64,000 nt of DNA from Rhynchobatus australiae (GCA_034780895.1 JAUZTB010000118.1:48651396-48715395), one strand, 5' to 3'; shown: positions 37,200 to 51,209, counted from the first letter of the stretch. Numbers and translations: made by a program. The notes: generated from the letters alone by a model not told the origin.

Positions 37200-39864
37200 C
37201 TAAACAAAAAAAAGGGAAACTTGTAATGAATTCATCAAGAGGCATTTACTTCACAAAAGGACAAAAAGATTAAGAGCAACAATGAATGCACGGAGGATTG
37301 CAACAGTAAAAATGATAAACTCTTCTCAAAGAGAAACAATGGAACATATTTAAACAAAAGTTTAATGTAAAATGTTTGAAATAAACTGTTAGCAACATCC
37401 AAAAAGACCAGTTAAATATTGACCTTGTGCCAAAATTCTCAGGCAGTGTTAACCAATACACTTACACACATACAAGCCAACTCATTTGACTTAAAAATAA
37501 ACTAGTCTACCTGTTTTTCTAGAAAATGCCAATAATGTGGGTAATTAGCACTTGATAAAACTCACCTTGAGATGAGCCTTAATGGCTCATTAGGGAAGTG
37601 CATCATGTGCTATGGTAATGAGCTAGATCAGCATCACAATCCCCCATCTATGAGTATTTATGAGGTTATTGTAAAGTTACAAAACAAAGGTGACATGCCT
37701 AGGAGCACTTCTTGGCTAACTGTAATTTATATCTATAATTAACTATTCTTGTTCAGTCAAAAAGTTAATAGGAAAACATCAACTCACAATCAGCTCAAAA
37801 CCAACCTGCTGAAGGGTTGCTAAATGCAAATAATTTATCAAAAAGGAAATACCTGAAGTGATCAAATGTTATCAGTCCTTTCAGTGAACCTTACACTTTT
37901 GCTCCACATTAATTTACTACTGAATAAGATTATATAAAAGTTAAAATACCTGTACTTTAAGAAATTCAGCACTAAAAGCTGTTTGCAAAAGATTAAAATT
38001 CCCAAGAATAAAACTTTCCCCACATTTAGTGTGTCCCATCTCTTGGGTCTACGGCCAAGAGGCTTGTTAAAAATACTTTCCAGGCTATTTTGCACATGTA
38101 CAATTACCTTTTTAGATGCCCTATTCAAGCCGCAGTCTAACCAGATTCCAATTCTTAAAACAGTCTCTCAGTGATGAATGCCACTGAAGAACAAATTGAA
38201 ATAAAAATTGACAGGCTATTGCAAGAGCTTTGTGATTTGAGCCACAGATAAACCAGGAATGTAGGCCTCAGTTTAATGCAATAGTCTGCATCATATAAAC
38301 CAATCCAAAGTTGTGGTAACAGCAGTGGATTTGGACTTAATTCTCTAGTGCTTGAGAAAAGGTAAAAGTACTCAGCCAGTTATCAATTAAAGAACCACCA
38401 TCCTGTGAAAGTTGTCTAAGAAGCATGCTTGTGTTTGCTATTGGGAGCCAAATAAGGGTGAGCTGCGACACATCAATGGTGATCAGCCCACTTAAAGGCA
38501 TAGCTGATGAGAAGACTAGTCATTCTCTTGCTTTTTTATGTGAATTAATGATTTTCCCAAAATACTTGTTAAATTTCAAAGTAAAACACTGAATGTTTTG
38601 ATGTGATTTTCAAATTTACCTCAATGCCAAAGTTTGGGTTAAGTCTTATGTTCACTCCTAGGGAAAATTGTCACCTGGGAATGACATTAAGACGAAATTG
38701 AAATGGAAACCCAAAGATCAACACACTCAAATCCAACAAGCATAACATTCTGCACATGCATGACCATTGCAGCTTTGTGCATTGATACGAAGATCTGCCA
38801 ATCCTCAAGCTTGCTCTTTGAAAAAAAACTGGAAAGCTCCAATTTGTAGGGTGGTGGGTTGGTACCTTTCAGGAAATCATCATCTACCTTCACACACAGC
38901 CCTCACTATGCACCAAAATGACTTCCCCAAACAAGACAGTCTGCACAATTCTTTATCGGAGTTCCATAGTATTAACATAACAGTTTGCTTTAAAGACAGA
39001 AGTGTGGTAAAATGGTTGTGTGGTTGGGGAAATGAAAAATCCAGCCATTATCGAAGCACGAAAGTGTTGAAAACCAGTGGGAAATTCTTAACCTTTTTAA
39101 AAAAAACATTGGGAAGTCAATTAATTGTTTTGACAACTTTTAGTGTATTATCTGTGTATACAGTGCATCTTAAAGAACTGGTTTGTATCACATGGTGGGA
39201 ATCTGATACGTTATTATAACTGGACACCACAGTTCAGCTGAGAGAGTTTGTGCCTCCAGTATAGGATATTCCATCTCAGTGATCGGCAATGAACAACAGA
39301 CTCTGCAATAACTGGAACAGATCGACAGAGTGACACATTCTTTGGAGAATTCTGAAATATTATGGTACAAAGAGAATAGCTCAGAAGATGCCAAATTCTA
39401 GGATATGAACATCTGGCTTCCTGCAGTGCGTTGTTCTGAAGACTATCTTCAAATTTTTTTAATTAATGTTTTAAATAGAGATTTTTAAATCTTGATATTT
39501 CCAGTTTGTTATGCCAGTTCTTTAAAAAAGGCTACTAATAGCAGCTGAGGTATGAGCTTCAAAATTTCAAAAAGGAAATAAAAAAAAAGAATGGGAACTC
39601 CAAGTATAAAAGATAAACTCCATAAAAATAATGTAAACAAGCAGAATAAAAAGGTATTTAGTAGCAGATAAGAAAAAGCAACTGTATTGTCATATCGAAG
39701 CAGATTGATGAAGCAAAACTGCAGTGGATGGGATTAAACAAACAGCGCAAATGTCCTCAGTCAAACTTTTTGCTTTACTATGTGACCAAAAAGGCTGCAC
39801 ACCAACCAGTTCAGTTATTAAAAAATTCCTCAAACAAGAAACAGGGGCTGATCTTGCAGTCAGC

Positions 39865-40200
39865 AAAGTGCTCAGCAGTTAATGCTACTAACCTGGAATC
39901 CAGGTTCAATTCTGATGCCAGGTGTCTGCGTGGAGTTTGCACATTATCCCAGTGATTATGTGGGTTTATGACCCATGCTCCGTTTCCTTCCACATCCCAA
40001 AGCTGTGCTGCTAAGTCAGTTGGTTACTGTAAATTGCCCCTCAATGTAGGTATATGGCAAAAGAATTATTGGAGGTTTAATGGGCACTTGAGAGAAGGAA
40101 AGTTGTACGAATAGACATAAAAGAGAAGGGGAAATGGGAATGATGGGATTGGTCTGTCAGGAGCCAGCATGGATGTGATGGGGTGGATGGCCTCCTTCTA
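39865..40200 (+). mobile_element. V-SINE
   Basis: caggttcaattctg (B box), gcgtggagtttgcacattatcccc...gctccgtttccttccacatcccaaag...gtaaattgcccct. Confidence 0.8.
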
Positions 40201-40239
40201 CAAAGTTAGTATTTACTCCAAATAATTCTTAAAAGGCTA

Positions 40240-41290
40240 TGACACTGAAGACCATTTAGTTCATCCAGCCTAATAGCACTTCTTAGCCACAACCAGTCTG
40301 CTGGAGGAACTCAACATGTGTACCACTTTTCAGTCCATTGCCTTCCAGAATTTGGCACATCAACTGCTTATCCAAGTATTTCTTGCATGCAACGATGTTT
40401 TCTGGTTCAACCACAGTAAGTTACAGACTACCAACACCCTTTGGATTAAGTAAATTTTCCTCCCCTCCAATTGTTCTAAAACCTTAAATCTGTACCACTT
40501 TGTTACTGATCTCTCCGATAAAAGGAAATGTGCCATTCTGATTCACCATATCTAGGAAAGTATTTTCTACATATCAAATCTCTTCTCCATTTAAAGAAAA
40601 CCTAAGCCCAGATTTTCCCTCAAAATTAGGGGCAGCATGGTAGCGTAGTGGTTAGCGTGACACTATTACAGCGCCAGCGATCGGGGTTTGATTCCTGTCA
40701 CTGCCTGTAAGGAGTTTATACGTTCTCCTGTGTCTGTGTGGGTTTCCTCCGGGTGCTCCGGTTTCCTCCCACATTCCAAAGACGTCTGGGTAGATTAATT
40801 TGGGATTTAAAATGGGCGGCGCGGACTCATTGGGCCAGAAGGGCCTGTTACCACACTGTAAATAAAAAAAATTACACCTCACTAGCATTGGAAAGTCTTA
40901 ACTTAACACAGCATATACTTGTACCATCATATTTTGTAATATGGTAACCAAAATTACTCAGTATTTTAGCAACGGCCTATCTAATGTTTTCAGTTCTAGC
41001 TGTAGTTCCCTGTTCTTTCATTATACATTAGCCAAGAAAGCAAAATATTCCATATGCCTAAATCGAGATTCAGCCAATACAAGTGCTCATGCACTTTAAG
41101 TGGACTTGGTTTCTTTACATTTCTAGTATCCCATCATTTACTGTATTCCTTTGCCTTGTGCATTCTCACCAATTTACATTTCTCCAGACTGAATTTAATT
41201 TCTTTTCTGCCCACCTTACAAGTCTACTAATATTTTCCTGCAATTCCCAACAGTTTTCTCCTCTTGTAATCAATTCTTCTGTCTTCACTT
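40240..41290 (-). mobile_element. Decayed CR1 interrupted by a V-SINE
   Basis: ORF 41166-41348 C.ELQENISRLVRWAEK..NS and CR1 3'-region motifs at 40330-40620. Confidence 0.65.
40629..40867 (+). mobile_element. Full-length V-SINE with 7-bp TSD
   Basis: tRNA head tggtagcgtagtggttagc...ggtttgattcc, intact V domain, CR1-like tail gggccagaagggcctgttaccacactgta. aaaatta at 40622-40628 and 40868-40874. Confidence 0.92.
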
Positions 41291-41399
41291 TTGTCTTTAA
41301 ATAGTCCCCCACTATTATTATCCTGGTGATTGCCATGAACCAGAGCAAAATGGACTAACCATTTCAATAAATGAATAGAACTTGGATGATCTATAATAA

Positions 41400-41850
41400 C
41401 TAACCCCTATCTTGTCCCCTCAAAAGCTCATCAGCTAAAAGGCTCACATCAAGAGTATAATGGAATATTATTTGTCTGGATGCATGCATCTGCAACAGAA
41501 AACTTGACAAGACTTGATTGGATTTAACATCCTTTACTACTAACACAAACTGTGGCTGCAATACCATCTGCAGGCTTCATCTCAGCAGTTCATTGAGCAT
41601 ACTCAGACAGCAACTTCTAGCCTATGAATTCTACCACTGAAAAGCACAAATGCATTAAGACTATGTGAAGCCCATTACCTACAAGTCACATTCCATCCTA
41701 ACTTATGCATAAAACTCTTCCTTCATTAGTCCTGAGTCAATACACTGGAATACCCTAACACCATTATGGTAGCTCTCCTTCAAGAGTTAAAGCAGCAGCC
41801 AATCATCACTGCACGAGGACAATAAGAAACATGGAAGAAATACATGCCCT
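41400..41850 (+). mobile_element. Highly decayed 3' end of the LINE family seen at 7900-8550
   Basis: gtcacattccatcctaactt...ccttcattagtcctgagtcaatacactggaataccctaacaccattatgg...aagcagcagccaatcatcact. Confidence 0.55.
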
Positions 41851-43834
41851 CCAGTTACATCTACACAGTAAAAAAAGGCAAAAAAAACAAGTGCTATAGA
41901 GTTTCACATACCAGGTAGTGACACCAATTGATCCCAGTGATATCCTCAAGAGCAAAGCATATACTGTAAACATTGCACTTGTGAACTGTCGCTTCAAATC
42001 TCAAAATATATCCCCAAATTTGTAATCCATTCACAAGGCTGCTTTTGTCTGTCAGATGATTGTAAACATTTTACAAACTCAGCACTGAAAATAATGCAGT
42101 AAAGTAAAATCTCTCCATTGCCTACTTCTCACCATTTTAACTAAAATCCTAATAATCGTAAACCACCTCATCAGATATGCACTTGGAATATAGTTAGATT
42201 TAACTGAACAAGTTCATGTTCAGTTGACATGAACTTCAGCCATGTCAACACCCTTAGTACCTATACTTGCCAATATGTGCAACAATTGCTCCAATATTGA
42301 CAATCTGGATTTGTGTAGAATCCAGCATCTTCCCTCCCCTTTAGCAGTGGCATGCTGTAGTTCCAGCCCTTCTGTTTTCCAAGCCTTATTGCCTTCCCAG
42401 ATCTTTCTGCAGATGATCCACTTAACACCCTGTTTGAAGAAATATAAATTGTAAAGTCTAAAAACTAACAAACTAAATTCGACTTCTAAGATTTACTAAC
42501 ATACTTTCCTTCCTTGGACATACATGCAGCAATGTGAGAAGATATGCGAGTCAAGCCAAGTCGAACTGAGATACTGTGTTGCAGAAAGCAAGTAGGTTGT
42601 GTGTGCTGGTAACTCACCACCCAGGAGGGAGATAGAGGTTATTATGATGTAACAAAGGGCTAGATTATTCTAGCTGTTTGTAGTCAAAGAGCAAGAAACT
42701 AGTTCAAAGCATGCAAGTAAAGCCAGTAGAGTGCAGGATGATGCTGATATCTAGTTGACAACTGACAATCAGATGATGTAAAATTTAGATGTCTTGGATG
42801 TTACATTCCAAATTTCAAAAATTTAGTGATTTTTGTGGTTGATCTAATGTTACTTTCTCTTTTTACTTGAAACACCAGTTTTATGCTTCTGTCAGCTCCA
42901 ATTCCAATTTGAGACCCACCTCTAATAGAATAGGTTAACTGAGATTGCTTTCAATAGATCTATCCTACAAAAAGCCAAGCTGACAGATGAAGCATTAATG
43001 TTAATTTGATTCTCCCAAACACTGACTTTCTGTAGTCTAAGTGACATGTGCTCAATTCAAGGTCAACCAAATGGAGGAAATACCTTATGTATTTACCACA
43101 GCTCTTAAAGGACTAAATGAACGGTGAGACAGTTAAGAACATGTTCTAAAAATCAGTGTACAAGCTCTGAGGAAGCACAAAAATATCTACATTTTTGAAT
43201 AAAACTTCCATTCACAAAACACCACTTGTTTGTTTACATGCTGATACATGACAGTACTTTAATCCATGATAAGCACTGTGGGGAAAAAACATATCCTCTC
43301 TCATGTCCTCTCATGGGAGGAAGTTACAGGGAAATAAATGGGGTAAGGGATTGATTGAATTGGCAGCATCCACTTGATGGGCTGAATGGTCTCCTTCCAT
43401 GTCATAATATTAAAATATAAAACACAAAGCACAACTTAATTCTCATCAAATCAAATGTATAAGACAAATCTGAGTATTGTTCCTTGTCACACCTCCATCA
43501 CAATATCCCTAAATAATACCACTCTACCCAACTATTATAATTCACAATGAATCTCCAGTTATGGTCAATTCTCAACATATTTTACCTTGTTCCTCTACAC
43601 CTTAAAGCAAACACCTTGAAATGACATTTTACTCTAGAAATTAAAGTATCCTCTAAAAATCAGATAATATGGTCATAGCGTCAATGACTGTTTTGGTTAT
43701 GGACCTGACGCTGCAAACTGAACCACTTGTATTCTTACCTTCGCACACTGCAGTGCTCACAAACGAAAATATATTGCACAGGCTGAGCAGTTGGGGCAAG
43801 AGGCTGGCCCAAGTCAGAGAATGAAAATTAAAAC

Positions 43835-44410
43835 TGTAGATGCTGGAAATCCAAAATATAAATAGAAAATGCTGGAAATACTCACCAGATCAGGCCAAAG
43901 CCTCTTCAGCAGGACTGGGAAGGAGACAACAGAAACTAGATAAACTGCAGAGAGGGTGGGGGAGGGGGAATGTCTCTGACACGGTCAAGAAGGGGTGACC
44001 ATGTGGATAACCTGTTCACAAGGTTACCTGGTAAATGAGTGAATGGGAGCAGTTAGAATGTGTGAATATACACAAAAGAACATTACCAAATGAATATGGG
44101 AGTTCTGAAATGCAAAATTGGAAAAGCCCAGTCAGAGATTGTCAGGTTGAAGAAGAGGGGCAGGGAGAATTGAGAAAAAGGGAAAGCAATAGACTGAGCA
44201 GAATGTGAGATCAATTAGTGAGTGGTAAGGCTGCTGGAAGGGGCAGATTGAGACAGAGCAGGAACCCAAATGGATCAAACATAAGCAATGGTACTTACTC
44301 AAGTTGTGTCCAGTTTGAAGTAGCCATCTTAAAACCTGGATATTCCAAGCATGACCAATGCCGGGTACTCCTTGGAACAACATCCAAAAGGATCGTTATA
44401 TGAAAATGAC
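43835..44410 (-). mobile_element. Penelope-like remnant
   Basis: tgtagatgctggaaatccaaaatataaatagaaaatgctggaaatactcaccagatcagg, then a purine-rich tract similar to 1645-1800. Confidence 0.65.
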
Positions 44411-44921
44411 TATTATTTGATGTGCATCTGAGAAGAATGTTGCACCAGATGTACAAAGTTTACTTAGACCACAAATGCACAGCCAAAATTCTTAAGAATC
44501 AAAATTCAACTTAAAAATGTTCCACTGGTTGGAGTGGGGATGGTGGTTGTGAAGGGATGTTGATTTTCAGACACTTCTGCAAAACAAAAGCACCGAGGCT
44601 AAAATTCTGGGCCTTTAAACCTATGGTTGAGTTCTACAATTTTTTCATTGCACACAGTTTAAAAACTAACCTCACAGAGAAAATGCTTCAGCTGTGCTTG
44701 ATGAAACTATTAGAAAACTCAGAAAGTTTGCAAGTCACTGCTGTCTGATGGGCAGTGAAGAAGCACTCAAACATGTCTTGTGAATTTGCTTAAACTTTTT
44801 ATATATACATTATTAATAAATTTTATTCAGCCTCAGTATTTGGATCTTTATCCAAAGAAAACAATGAAAAAAACAAAATTGGGCAAAATATAGCCATAAA
44901 AACTGAGTTAATCAGTTCAAA

Positions 44922-46218
44922 AAAACTGCTGGAAGAACTCAGCAGGTCAAAAAGCACCTGTGGAGATAAAGGGAATGGGTGACATTTTGTGTCGAGGCCT
45001 TGTATCAGGACCGAGGGTGCAGAGGGAAGGGAGACAGTATAAAGAGGTGAGGGCGAGGTGAAGACTGGCTGGTGGGTGATGGGTGGAACCAGGTGAAGTG
45101 AGGGATGATGAGCAGATAAAACCAGATGGGGGAGGGGGAAGTGTTNNNNNNNNNNNNNNNNNNNNNNNNNNNNNNNNNNNNNNNNNNNNNNNNNNNNNNN
45201 NNNNNNNNNNNNNNNNNNNNNNNNNNNNNNNNNNNNNNNNNNNNNNNNNNNNNNNNNNNNNNNNNNNNNNNNNNNNNNNNNNNNNNNNNNNNNNNNNNNN
45301 NNNNNNNNNNNNNNNNNNNNNNNNNNNNNNNNNNNNNNNNNNNNNNNNNNNNNNNNNNNNNNNNNNNNNNNNNNNNNNNNNNNNNNNNNNNNNNNNNNNN
45401 NNNNNNNNNNNNNNNNNNNNNNNNNNNNNNNNNNNNNNNNNNNNNNNNNNNNNNNNNNNNNNNNNNNNNNNNNNNNNNNNNNNNNNNNNNNNNNNNNNNN
45501 NNNNNNNNNNNNNNNNNNNNNNNNNNNNNNNNNNNNNNNNNNNNNGGCTACCCCAGTGGAATACTTGGTGCTGTTCTGGTTTTCATCTGGCCTCATCACA
45601 GCAGTGGAGAAGGCAGAGAACAGACAAGTCAATGTGGGAATGGGAAGGTGAATTGAAATGACATGTGACCGGAAGCTGAAGGTGGCTCTGCAAAACAGTC
45701 TGTCTAGTTTACACTTGGTCTCATTGATGTAGAGTAGGCTACATCATGAGCACCAAATACAATAAACAAGACTGGAGGTGCATGTGCTGCTTCACCTGTA
45801 AGGGTTGCCAGATGGTGGTGAAGGAGGATCTGAAAGGACAAGTGTTACATTCCTATGGTTGCAAAGTACCATGGGATGGGATGAGCACACCACGGCATCA
45901 GGAAGTGGTGGTCCCTGTGGAAAGCAGAAAGGGAAAAGGGGTGGGGAAGGGGGGGGGAAGATGTGACTGGTGTTGGAATCCCAATGGAGCTGGCAGAAAT
46001 GGCAAAGGATATGCTGGATGCAGGGCCTAGTGGGAAGGACCACCTATCACCTTCCATCTCATTCCTCCTTTTCAGTTCTGTACACTGGCCATCTTCCCTC
46101 TACACTATGTCCTGATGCAGGGTCTCAACTTGAAACATCGACCACTCCTTTTCCTCTAAAGATGCTGCTCGACAAAAGCTCTTCCAGCATTTTTTTTTGC
46201 TGCAGGTTCCAGCATCTA
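44922..46218 (-). mobile_element. Penelope-like element with GIY-YIG remnant and inverted terminal repeats
   Basis: Minus strand 45700-45800 reads roughly SSLVYCIWCS*CSLLYINETKCKLD (GIY-YIG core). Left arm 44926-45012 and right arm 46110-46190 are inverted homologues. Confidence 0.8.
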
Positions 46219-46295
46219 GTCTCTTATATATTCAAGTTAATCAGTCCAATTGATGACCATGTGATGATTAAAAAAAGCACCTTAACAAAATTTTT

Positions 46296-46352
46296 GGCAC
46301 AACTTTGTGGGCCGAAGGGCCTGAATTGTGCTGTAGTTGTTCTATGTTCTAA
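46296..46352 (+). mobile_element. Very short CR1 3'-terminal insertion
   Basis: ggcacaactttgtgggccgaagggcctgaattgtgctgtagttgttctatgttct. Confidence 0.7.
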
Positions 46353-49264
46353 ATTCTTAACTGGTTTCCCCCTTGATGGAACTTGAGTATTTCCATCACT
46401 TCCAGGATTTGGTTTTAGTACATCTTATTCAAATCAAGAAGTCTGTCAGAAACTTTTAGAGACCGGGTTAACCAGACAACAATTGAGAAAAAAAATCTGC
46501 ATCAGAAGATGACAGATCATTGCTTGGACCTTGCATGTTTAACTATTAATAAACTGTTATATGAAATAACACTTCTCTCTTAAGTACATTATAGGTCAAT
46601 CACTCCAGAGGCTCCATCTCTCACCTTTTGTTTACCTTTCTACTTCCCTAACAGTAAACTAATTGCTTACCATTAAGGCCCCACCTTAGTTATTGGAGGA
46701 ACTTAAAAAAAATGCAGCTGATACTCACACAAATCTGATAAAATAGCGGAAAAGTAATATTTCCATTCTATTAATTGTGGTAAGTTGCAACAGTCAGTGA
46801 AGGGGCAAAAGGTCAGAGCACCCAGGAGTGTTGGTGACTTTTTGAAACACAGGGATCAGTGGCTGAGGCAAACAAGCACTGCAATGTCACAAGTAGGGCA
46901 GTACATATCCTCACTTTGCAGTTCCTGGAATTTTAATTAATCCTCCAAACCCCCCCCCCCCCCCCCCCCCCACATATATGACTTGTTTNNNNNNNNNNNN
47001 NNNNNNNNNNNNNNNNNNNNNNNNNNNNNNNNNNNNNNNNNNNNNNNNNNNNNNNNNNNNNNNNNNNNNNNNNNNNNNNNNNNNNNNNNNNNNNNNNNNN
47101 NNNNNNNNNNNNNNNNNNNNNACCTTTACTACCAGATTTCACTCATCTCACACCTCTCAGTTCTTCTCCCTATTCTCTTTCCTTACTTTTTTCCCTCCTT
47201 TCTGATGTCACTTAGTCTTTTTTGAGTAGAATATTATGGACAATCGTAGCTATTTAGTACCTTGCTTAAGGGCTTATTACCTAAACAGTAATTGAAATTA
47301 CAGCCAAGTCTGATCCCAATCCTCCGCTGAAAGTCACATACTTGCAGTTTCAGCATATGTTAATTGATAATGGGAACACTGCTGATATCTTTTATCCCCT
47401 TACCCACAGTCCCCAGATTCATCCCCGACACCTACTTGAAGGCTACATTTAACTGTAGAACCACTGCAGAGATCAGCCAATTTATCAGTGACCAGGGATT
47501 TCAATTAGATATGGCAGAGCAACACACTGGACAAATTTGCTAAATCATTGGGGGTCATACATATCTGCTCTTTTCAATATTTGCATTGCATCAGCAGCTT
47601 TTCATTTTCTCAAAATAAAAGGACGAATTTCTTTTGCTAAAATATTACATAATGAAACATTAACACATCACTTTTTCTTATTGTACAAGTATTGAAGCTT
47701 CTGGAGAACTGAAAATATTTAAAACTGAAATGGCTCCCCTGAAGCAAAGACAAGGATCAAAATGTAGACAAAATCAATGACAAGGACTAGCCAAATATAA
47801 ATGAAGTAACAAAATAGCTGCACAGGTAATGGCATTGAATCTGGATAATTAATAGCATGTAATTAAGCACAAAGAACTATCAGTCAGATGGATTAATAGC
47901 CTTGTTTAAACTCGTATGCAGTGGCAGAACACACTTCAGCCATTAGGGTGTAGGCAGCTTAAACAGTAATACAATGTACTAAAAACCAATTACTATTTTT
48001 ATCTATTACATATTTAACTAATGGTGAACAAAAACTTGGATTTAACATATATTTTTATAAAAAGGTGATGGCTAAAAACAATGCAGCCAATCTAGTTTTT
48101 TTCCCCCCAAATTAGTCCTCCATCATTTTCCAAATTACGTATGAAAAATATTTGCTTTAATTACNNNNNNNNNNNNNNNNNNNNNNNNNNNNNNNNNNNN
48201 NNNNNNNNNNNNNNNNNNNNNNNNNNNNNNNNNNNNNNNNNNNNNNNNNNNNNNNNNNNNNNNNNNNNNNNNNNNNNNNNNNNNNNNNNNNNNNNNNNNN
48301 NTACAGCAATAGTTTGTCAACTCACCACATTCAAAAAATATGTAGCCATTGTTTACAGATTTCATACACTTTCAGCAAGATTCTACATTCACAGCTGTAC
48401 AATGCAGGTTTTGTTATAATCGATTGCCTTAGATTCTCCCGTCAATCACTGTGACGTTGTTTTTGCACACAGCACAGTTAAAGGCAAAATTGCAATGCCT
48501 GCTGGAAACCTGCTCACATGAAATACTTGCTCACAACACCTCAACACAAGAGTTTCCTTCACTGGACATATACAAAATCATTGGTGGAATATCACTCTTA
48601 AAAGCATAAGTAAAATATATACTATCAAGCAACAGAATGATGCAAAATGACAAATTAGTACAGCTACTAAAGCTCAGGGGAGTAGTAGCAGGATGAGATA
48701 AACAGCATTTGGAAAAGTGCATGGTCATGGAGGTTTTTTTTGGAAAAATATTATTGTTCTTAAAGTGTGTTTTATTTTGTTTTGGGATGTGAGCATCCGT
48801 AACTATTTGAGTATACATGGTAGGAAGCCACCTTTGTGAACTGTGACAACTTGTATAGGGAAAATAGCAGCTAAGGAACAAAGTATGAATAAATGTCAAT
48901 GTCAGGAGAGGAGAGGAATTTGCAATGTAATGGTCTTCGCAAAGGCTGCTACCTTTGTTCTTCTCTGTAGTAGACATAGCAAGATCTTTTAGCATCACGG
49001 GATTTGTGTTAGTGGAAGGAGATAATAAAGATAAAAAGATAAATGCTGATCTTACCAAATAGCAGAGCAGAAGCTTGGAGCCAAATGGCACAATGCTGCT
49101 TCTATTGCTTACATTCTTATGTTTGAAAGTACTATTGAAGAAACCTTGATATGTTTCTGCAGNNNNNNNNNNNNNNNNNNNNNNNNNNNNNNNNNNNNNN
49201 NNNNNNNNNNNNNNNNNNNNNNNNNNNNNNNNNNNNTGGCAATCAAACAGGTGGTTTTATCCTA

Positions 49265-49592
49265 GGTGGTGGCACAGTGATCGAGTTATCATCTGAATAA
49301 CCCATGGGCCTGGATTTTCAATCCAGAGACTGAAATTCAAATCCCATTGAGGCAGTTGCGGAATTTAAATTTGGAATTTGTGACCGTCATTAATTATTAC
49401 CACACAAAAAAAAACTCATTTTCATAAAAACCCATCTGGTTCACTGGGTCTGGCCAACATGCAACTCTAAATCAACCTCATGTGGTTGATTCTTAAAAAT
49501 GCCCTCTGAAATACCATTTGTCATAACAAGCTCAAGGGGCAATTGGGGATGGGCAATAAATGCTGGCATTGCCACCAATACCCAGATCCTAA
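49265..49592 (+). mobile_element. tRNA-derived SINE (third family) with LINE-derived tail
   Basis: ggtggcacagtg...ttcaaatcccattgaggcag...gaatttaaattt...aaaacccatctggttcact...gggcaattggggatgggcaataaatgctggc. Related copy at 57960-58178. Confidence 0.7.
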
Positions 49593-51209
49593 AACAAAAT
49601 GCATCAAGCTGCAAGTGTTGGTGCTATACTCATCCAGGCAAAGTGGAGAATATGCACCCATACTCCTGACTTGTATGACAATAGAAACAAGCACGGCTAT
49701 AGTTACTGTATTCACAAGGAACTTTCCCTGCTTGCAATATTTGACTACAATACTTTTTGTTAGGTCAATTGTTGATCAAGTGGTTCATGATCCTGCTGGG
49801 GCACCAGAAGCCTTCAGAAAACAGGTGCAATTGGTCACACCTGATGCTTACTCTCAGGGTGATATTTAAAGCAGCATTTTCAAGCAGCAACTTTGGTGTC
49901 GTAACCTGGGTAAAACATGTGCAGTTAAAGTTGGAGGAATTGTAGTCTCATTCATGCAACATAAACCCACTATCCAATTTGAATAAACACATTAGTCAGT
50001 TGGGGAAACAGAAAAGTTGAGAAACTCTTAAACAGCCTTGCTGATAATAGGCACACAAAACCTATACATCTCACCAAATTGAGAGCCATAGAAAACTTAA
50101 ACAAATCTGGACATTCTGATTGTTTTTATTATCTATAGCAATCTGCAATTGGACACTTGTTTGCTAACAGTAACTGTGTCAACTAAATATAGTTGCCTTC
50201 CCTAATTTAAAGTCAGTTTGCATCAGTTGCACTCAAGTTAGAACACTGTGGGTTTACACCTCATTAGAATGAAACATTATATTAAAGTAAAATTGCCTGC
50301 CTGCCCAGAAGAATGATAAAGGTCCCATTCCTCCCGCTAAAATGAAAAAAAATGGTTACCTGGGCAAATATTCATTTCCCATTTAATAGAAGACATAGTG
50401 CATAAAAACAGCATGACTGTGGAAAATGTTCGAAAGTATACGACTACTCTTACATTAAATTAAATAGGTTAAATTAAGATAGTTTGAGGCAAAAGGTAAA
50501 GTTGAAACTTCAAAAGCAAAGCAGTTTGGGACACTGACAATGTGATCAAGGATTATATAAATGCAAGTCATTTGTGTTGCATGCTCCTGTGCAGAAGATA
50601 ATTTCTTATACTGATAGACTCGAGTCACACATATTATATATACTATATTCAAACAAAATACAAGAATCTCACTTTCACTCTTGTAACTTAAATGTAACAA
50701 GGTTGAAAGTAATTTTCCCTTTTTATTCCAATACAAGGTAAAATTCCTGGTTCTTTACCTATTGTTCATTGAACCAAATATTGTGTTAACCCCCTCAAAA
50801 CAGGGCTTTTTAAAAAATGTCCTTGGGCATTATTGTTGCATTAATAGCAACAATCTACAGGATTCAAACCACTCTTCTGTTCCGTACTTAAAAGGATTTT
50901 TGATATAACTAAAGTTATGCCATTGCGTATTTTTGCCGAGGGATCCTTTGGAATTGCTGTGGAGTTAACCTATACATTTTCTTCAGATTTGCTAAACAAG
51001 AATGAAAGGCTTAAAAATGTTTCTAGATGTACCCAATCTGTAAAGGGTGCAAGCATGCCGCTAATAAACCAAAACAACATAATAACTTTATAAAAGACCA
51101 AGAAAATGTTAAGTACAAGATTTCTTTGTTGTCCATCAGAAAGATTTCATTTTATTGTACATAGATTAGTACTCAGCAACATTCTGACCTATTGATGGAT
51201 TTTGCAATA

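Noticed and set aside
38620-38657. 38-nt AG...GT bounded pseudo-exon on the minus strand with an immediate stop
   Set aside because: Such motifs are expected by chance in a 16-kb intron and there is no supporting evidence.
40629-40700. tRNA-like A/B boxes (also 1062, 35948, 39865)
   Set aside because: These are SINE heads followed by V domains, not tRNA genes.
46950-46971. Poly-C run (possible G-quadruplex on the minus strand)
   Set aside because: Simple homopolymer beside an assembly gap, so its length is unreliable.
48531-49091. 186-aa minus-strand ORF (also 32464-32967, 167 aa)
   Set aside because: No recognisable domain, compositional bias and no fitting splice phase. Probably chance ORFs in decayed repeat sequence.
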